DNA of 64,000 bases from Pseudomonadota bacterium. GTDB taxonomy: Bacteria; Pseudomonadota; Gammaproteobacteria; GCA-002705445; GCA-002716945. Shown piece by piece: positions 59,191 to 64,000 of this stretch; position 1 is the first letter of the stretch, and every line of letters starts with the position of its first letter. Made by a program: the position numbers and the translations under genes. The notes under the pieces were generated by a model that saw nothing but the letters and a program-made list of their open reading frames with translations, had not been told where the DNA came from and did no database searches. Location of the stretch: assembly GCA_036140295.1 (NCBI GenBank), contig JAYZYL010000001.1:14163-78162 (forward strand), written 5' to 3'.

Positions 59191-60274
59191 TAATATTTTC
59201 AATAAGCTTGACGGATTGATCTATAATTATTTTTGCGGGGTTTCTTGGAAAAACTTTTTGAATATTTTTAGACAAAGTGTACATTCGTTTCTGATCATTA
59301 AGTATTATATTGATTGTATTCACAAAATTTTCTACAAAACTATCATTTTGTTCAATTAAAATACAAGCAGATTGATTTGCCAAATAAGATGCATTATAAA
59401 ATTGATGGTTATCTGTTGCAAAAGGGAATGGAACTAGAATAATTGCCCTGCCTATTGTAGAAATTTCAGATAAAGTTGTTGATCCAGATCTACATACAAT
59501 AAGATTCGCCCAATCATATAATTCATTAATATTTTCAGCATAATCAAAAACTGCAGCATTAATTCCATATTTTTTATATCTGCTTTCAACTTGTCGAGTA
59601 TTCTCAATCCCTGATATGTGTTTAACTGTAATATTATGTTTATAAAAATATGAAAATACAAATGGCAGTGATGTATTAAAAAATGAAGACCCTTGACTCC
59701 CTCCTAAAACTAAAATATTTAAATATGATGATTGACTTAAATATTTTTCTTCAGGTTTTTCTAAATTCAAAAATATTTCTCTTATCGGATTTCCGGAATG
59801 AACAATCTTATTATTATTTTTATTAAAGCTGTCTGGAAAGGTTTCAAAGATCTTTTTTGAAAAATAGTAATTTATTTTATTTGCAGTTCCTGCAATTGAA
59901 TTCTGTTCATGTATGACAACTGGAATTTTTAAAAAATATGAAATAATGATTCCAGGTAAACTAACGTAGCCTCCAAATCCAACAGTTAATTTTGGATTAT
60001 AGTGTTTTATTATTTTATATGCCTCAAATATAGACTTAAATAAATAGAGTATTCCTGTTAATTTTTTAGTTATTGATTTTCCACGAATCCCTGTTGAGCT
60101 AATATTTTTAATTATTATTGAATCATTTTTTATGACTCTATGTTCTATACCTTTTTCTGTTCCTAGCCAAATAATATTATAATCTTGTTTTATGAATTCT
60201 GTTGCAATCGTATATGCAGGGTAGACATGTCCTCCTGTACCACTAGCAAGGATTGCAATAAATTTTTTTTCCAT
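59183..60274 (-). CDS. murG: Lipid II GlcNAc transferase
   Basis: GTGGHVYP, GFGGYVS, HEQN, GNPIR, GGSQG, DNHQ-x2-NA. Confidence 0.96.
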   Translation of the reverse strand: MEKKFIAILASGTGGHVYPAYTIATEFIKQDYNIIWLGTEKGIEHRVIKNDSIIIKNISSTGIRGKSITKKLTGILYLFKSIFEAYKIIKHYNPKLTVGFGGYVSLPGIIISYFLKIPVVIHEQNSIAGTANKINYYFSKKIFETFPDSFNKNNNKIVHSGNPIREIFLNLEKPEEKYLSQSSYLNILVLGGSQGSSFFNTSLPFVFSYFYKHNITVKHISGIENTRQVESRYKKYGINAAVFDYAENINELYDWANLIVCRSGSTTLSEISTIGRAIILVPFPFATDNHQFYNASYLANQSACILIEQNDSFVENFVNTINIILNDQKRMYTLSKNIQKVFPRNPAKIIIDQSVKLIENINE

Positions 60275-60276
60275 TT

Positions 60277-61428
60277 TTAAAACTCCTTTTGATAAGCTTG
60301 GCTAATTTTTCTTCTATTTTCTATCTGTATTCTAATTAAAATCCCTATACAAATAAACATAACTAATATATTTGTTCCTCCATAGCTTATAAATGGAAGG
60401 CCCATACCTTTAGTAGGGAATAAGCCTGTATTTACCAACATATGTATTAAAGTTTGGATAGAAATCAAAAATCCAATTGAATAAGTTAAATAAGATGCGA
60501 ATATTAGATCATTATTTGTTGATTTTTTAGCCAGCTTAAATATTCTTGAGATGAGTAAAATAAAAGTAGCCATAACAAAAATTGTAAAAAATAAGCCTAA
60601 TTCTTCGGCAATAACTGCAAAAACAAAATCATTATATGATTCAGGAAGATAATGTAGTTTTTGTATGCTTGAACCTAAACCAAGACCAAATAATCCTCCT
60701 TTGCTAAATGCCAATGAAGATGCAATTACTTGAAAACCTCCTCCGGATGGATCTGCCCAAGGGTCCAGAAAACTCAGTATGCGTTTAAATCTATAAGGTT
60801 GGAAATAGATTATTGGAATTATTGCAATGACAACAGCTAATGTCCAGCCTGCAAATTTTTTTATGCTTATTCCAGCTACAAGAGACAAACCCAAGAAACT
60901 AGCTACTAATAAAAATGCACTTCCAAAATCTTTCTGTAATAGAATTATTAAAGCCAAAAGTACAATTGCTGCAAGAGGTTTATTAAATGTATTGTCATCA
61001 GGTTTTCTAACTATATAACTTGATACCCAAATTAGGATTAATAATCTAGAAATTTCAGAAACCTGTACAGTAAATAATCCTAAATTAATCCATCGTTTAG
61101 CTCCCTTTACTTCTATTCCTAATCCTGGAATAAAAACCAATAATGATAATATGAGTGCAAATAAAAGAATTACTTGACTATACTTATAATAAAAATCTAA
61201 CTTAATATGGGCAAGCAAGAATGCTATCGTTATTCCCATTGCAAGAAATATAGAGTGTTTAATTATGAAATAAAATGCATTATTTTCTCTTAAGTCTAAA
61301 GTGGTTGATGTCACCATGATAAAACCAATTAGAGATAGAGTTGTTACACAAATAATGAAAGTATTATCTATCCCACTACTTTTGGTAACAAGTAAAAATT
61401 TTTTTATCTTTTCACTTAGTAATATCAT
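60277..61428 (-). CDS. ftsW: Peptidoglycan polymerase FtsW
   Basis: GAKRWI, QKDFG, PYRFKR, GGGFQ, LPESYNDF, PFISYGG. Confidence 0.95.
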   Translation of the reverse strand: MILLSEKIKKFLLVTKSSGIDNTFIICVTTLSLIGFIMVTSTTLDLRENNAFYFIIKHSIFLAMGITIAFLLAHIKLDFYYKYSQVILLFALILSLLVFIPGLGIEVKGAKRWINLGLFTVQVSEISRLLILIWVSSYIVRKPDDNTFNKPLAAIVLLALIILLQKDFGSAFLLVASFLGLSLVAGISIKKFAGWTLAVVIAIIPIIYFQPYRFKRILSFLDPWADPSGGGFQVIASSLAFSKGGLFGLGLGSSIQKLHYLPESYNDFVFAVIAEELGLFFTIFVMATFILLISRIFKLAKKSTNNDLIFASYLTYSIGFLISIQTLIHMLVNTGLFPTKGMGLPFISYGGTNILVMFICIGILIRIQIENRRKISQAYQKEF

Positions 61429-62728
61429 TAACTGCTTTTATAAACTCCTCTCCTCGCTCTTCATAATTAGAAAACATATCAAAGCTTGGGCTGGCAGGTG
61501 ATAATAATACAGAGTCACCAGAAGATGAATTTTTATGAGCTACTAATACAGCATCACGTATTGATTTTACATCAATCATTGGTTTTTTTGTTATTAATTT
61601 TTTCCGTATCATTTTTTTATTTTCTCCAAGAAAAATAATAAGTTTTACACTTTCTTCTATATAAGAATTAAGCTTACTGTAATCTAGTAATTTTTCTGAC
61701 CCACCTAAAATTAATAATATATTTTTTTTAACAAATTTTATTGCTGCAATAGTAGATGATACATTTGTTGATTTTGAGTCATTATACCAAGTTACATTAT
61801 TATGCTCTTTAATAAATTGTATTCGATGTAAGGGATACTTGTAGGAAGCTAAAATTGGAAACGCATTATCCATATTAATATTTAATATTTCAGAAATTGA
61901 TAAAACAGCTAATAAATTATCAAGATTATGAATTCCCCTAAATCTGATTGATGTATTTTTGTAGGAAATCTTATTATCATCAAAGTTTAAATTATTATTA
62001 ATTTTTCCATTAATAAATATTTTCTTTAACTTATCGTCAAAGCCATATAGTTTATGGCCTTTAATGTCTAACATCTCTTTACTTAAACTAATATTACATA
62101 CAGAATGTTTACAATCTAAAAATATTTTCTTTTTAATAGATAAATAATTCTTGTAGTTTTGATGCCTTTCTAGATGGTCATCCTCAACGTTTGTGATTAA
62201 ACTAATAAAGGCTCTAATATTTTTTGTATACTCTAATTGATAACTTGAAAGTTCAAGCACCAAATACTTATAATCACAATCATTCAAAGACTTCAGTATA
62301 GGTACTCCATTGTTCCCGCATGCCAATGATTTAAGATCTAAGTGATTTAATAAATGCTCTAGCATGTCAACAACAGTTGTTTTCCCATTTGTTCCTGAAA
62401 TTGCAATAATAGGTATATTTGAATACCTGTGCCATAGCTCTATGTCAGTAATAATAGGAATAGATAATTTTCTCACTTCATTGATAATTTCATGATTTAA
62501 GCTAAGACCTGGACTAATTACTACTTCTTCAATATCATCAAGAAATTCTTTTTCAAAATTTTTAAACCTATAAAGTGATTCCGTTTTATTTCCTTCGCTC
62601 ATGCAGTTTTCTGCTAAATTATTTCTTGTATCAAAAACCTTATACTCAATATTATTTTTCTCAAAGAAATTAATACACGATTGCCCAGTTTTCCCTATAC
62701 CAATAACTAGTTTTTTCTTTGGCGACAT
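61412..62728 (-). CDS. murD: UDP-MurNAc-L-Ala--D-glutamate ligase
   Basis: SPG, SGTNGKTT, LELSSYQL, NDSKSTN, LLSPASPSFDMF-x-NYEERG. Confidence 0.96.
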   Translation of the reverse strand: MSPKKKLVIGIGKTGQSCINFFEKNNIEYKVFDTRNNLAENCMSEGNKTESLYRFKNFEKEFLDDIEEVVISPGLSLNHEIINEVRKLSIPIITDIELWHRYSNIPIIAISGTNGKTTVVDMLEHLLNHLDLKSLACGNNGVPILKSLNDCDYKYLVLELSSYQLEYTKNIRAFISLITNVEDDHLERHQNYKNYLSIKKKIFLDCKHSVCNISLSKEMLDIKGHKLYGFDDKLKKIFINGKINNNLNFDDNKISYKNTSIRFRGIHNLDNLLAVLSISEILNINMDNAFPILASYKYPLHRIQFIKEHNNVTWYNDSKSTNVSSTIAAIKFVKKNILLILGGSEKLLDYSKLNSYIEESVKLIIFLGENKKMIRKKLITKKPMIDVKSIRDAVLVAHKNSSSGDSVLLSPASPSFDMFSNYEERGEEFIKAVNDITK

Positions 62729-62731
62729 AGT

Positions 62732-63817
62732 TTATCTAATCTTCAATGAAGATAATGCGACTAATACGAGAATAAAGGTAATTATCCAAAAACGTACAAT
62801 GATTTTTGGTTCCGGCCATCCTTTTAGTTCAAAATGGTGATGTATGGGGGACATTTTAAAAACCCTTTTTCCAAAAAATTTAAATGAAATTACTTGAATT
62901 ATAACTGAGAGCACTTCTGCAACAAAGACACCGCTCATGATAGCAAATGCAATCTCTTGCCTTAATAAAATTGCCATCGTCCCTAAAATTGCTCCAAGTG
63001 ATAAAGATCCTACATCACCCATAAATATTTCTGCTGGGTACGAGTTATACCATAAAAAACCCAATCCAGATCCAACAACTGCACTTGAAAAAATTGCAAT
63101 TTCAGAAACTCCAGGCAAATATGGAATAAGGAGATAATTAGCTAGAACCATATTGCCTTCAACATATGCAAAAACTACAAAGGCTGCTGAAATTAAAATA
63201 CATGGTAATATTGCTAAACCATCAAGTCCATCGGTGAGGTTTACGGCATTACTAGAACCAATTATTATAAAAATACTCCATGGAATAAAAATCCAACCCA
63301 AATAAAAAGAAAATGTTTTGATGAATGGGAGTATTAAGGTAATTTCCAAATCATTCTCAAAATTTAAAAATATGAATAGCGTCACAAGTAAAGAGAATAT
63401 TATTTGTAAAGAAAACTTAGTACGGGCTTTTATACCGTCGCTATTGGACATAATAAACTTTTTATAATCATCATATAATCCTATAGAACCAAAAGTGATT
63501 AGAATAAATAATAGAATCCAAATATTTTGATTATTTATATCTGCCCACAGCAACGTACTAATAATAATAGAAATAATAATTATTAAACCTCCCATAGATG
63601 GAGTATTTGCTTTATCAGTAATATGTGATTTAGGTCCATCATCTCTGACACTTTGATACATATTCTTGCTTTGAAGAATTTTTATTATATAAGGGCCTAA
63701 AATTAAAGAGCTGAATAGTGCAGTTAGTGCAGTTAAAATTATTCTTAAGGTCAAATACTGAAATACATTAAATCCAGAGTAGTATTGCGAAAGATAATCA
63801 AATAAATAAAGTAACAT
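62732..63817 (-). CDS. mraY: Phospho-N-acetylmuramoyl-pentapeptide transferase
   Basis: TPSMGG, SNAVNLTDGLDGLA, FMGDVGS, PIHHHFE. Confidence 0.97.
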   Translation of the reverse strand: MLLYLFDYLSQYYSGFNVFQYLTLRIILTALTALFSSLILGPYIIKILQSKNMYQSVRDDGPKSHITDKANTPSMGGLIIIISIIISTLLWADINNQNIWILLFILITFGSIGLYDDYKKFIMSNSDGIKARTKFSLQIIFSLLVTLFIFLNFENDLEITLILPFIKTFSFYLGWIFIPWSIFIIIGSSNAVNLTDGLDGLAILPCILISAAFVVFAYVEGNMVLANYLLIPYLPGVSEIAIFSSAVVGSGLGFLWYNSYPAEIFMGDVGSLSLGAILGTMAILLRQEIAFAIMSGVFVAEVLSVIIQVISFKFFGKRVFKMSPIHHHFELKGWPEPKIIVRFWIITFILVLVALSSLKIR

Positions 63818-63829
63818 ATTTTAGTAATT

Positions 63830-64000
63830 CTAATCTTTTCTTAATGTTAATGCATCAACTATGCTTTCAAATTTCATAAAGCGAGAAGCTTTGATTAAAA
63901 TGTTAACATCTTTTGAGATAATATCTTTCACATAGCTTATTAATTCATCTTTGTTATCAAAACACAAAGCGCCTTTTCCAAACCCTTTCAAAATCAGGTT
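63830..64000 (-). CDS. murF: UDP-MurNAc-tripeptide--D-Ala-D-Ala ligase, C-terminal end (runs off window end)
   Basis: Hand translation ...DVNILIKASRFMKFESIVDAL...; usual position upstream of mraY. Confidence 0.85.
   Translation of the reverse strand, partial: NLILKGFGKGALCFDNKDELISYVKDIISKDVNILIKASRFMKFESIVDALTLRKD

Overview
AT-rich (about 30% GC by eye), very tightly packed chromosomal backbone of a streamlined Gammaproteobacterium, probably a marine sulfur oxidiser (inference from gene order and sox genes). It holds about 65 CDS, mostly housekeeping and mostly on the minus strand: dnaX (partial), serS, ftsK, trxB, hom-thrC, surE-pcm, trpS-scpA-scpB/rluB, ilvIHC-pssA-leuA, aspS-nadA-yebC-ruvC-queE-queC, rluD-pgeF/bamD, coaE-zapD, secA-argJ-mutT and most of the dcw cluster (murF to lpxC). 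There are three tRNAs (Ser-GGA, Ser-TGA, Lys-TTT). No integrase, transposase, CRISPR array or rRNA was seen. Main observations: (1) ftsZ is cleanly absent from its usual slot between ftsA and lpxC, although ftsA/Q/W/K and zapD are intact, and several other envelope/division neighbours (tol-pal, nlpD, lolA) are also missing from their usual slots; (2) a soxXYZA block with a lipoprotein, a secreted alpha/beta hydrolase and a YeeE transporter surrounds tRNA-Lys, with no soxB or soxCD in the window; (3) a candidate leaderless Leu-rich leader peptide lies upstream of leuA; (4) the RND adaptor lacks its alpha-helical hairpin; (5) trpS and nadE look alphaproteobacterial/SAR11-like yet sit in the native gammaproteobacterial slots; (6) two small membrane ORFs are missing from the ORF track. 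Every statement that a gene is absent applies to this window only; the gene may lie elsewhere in the genome.
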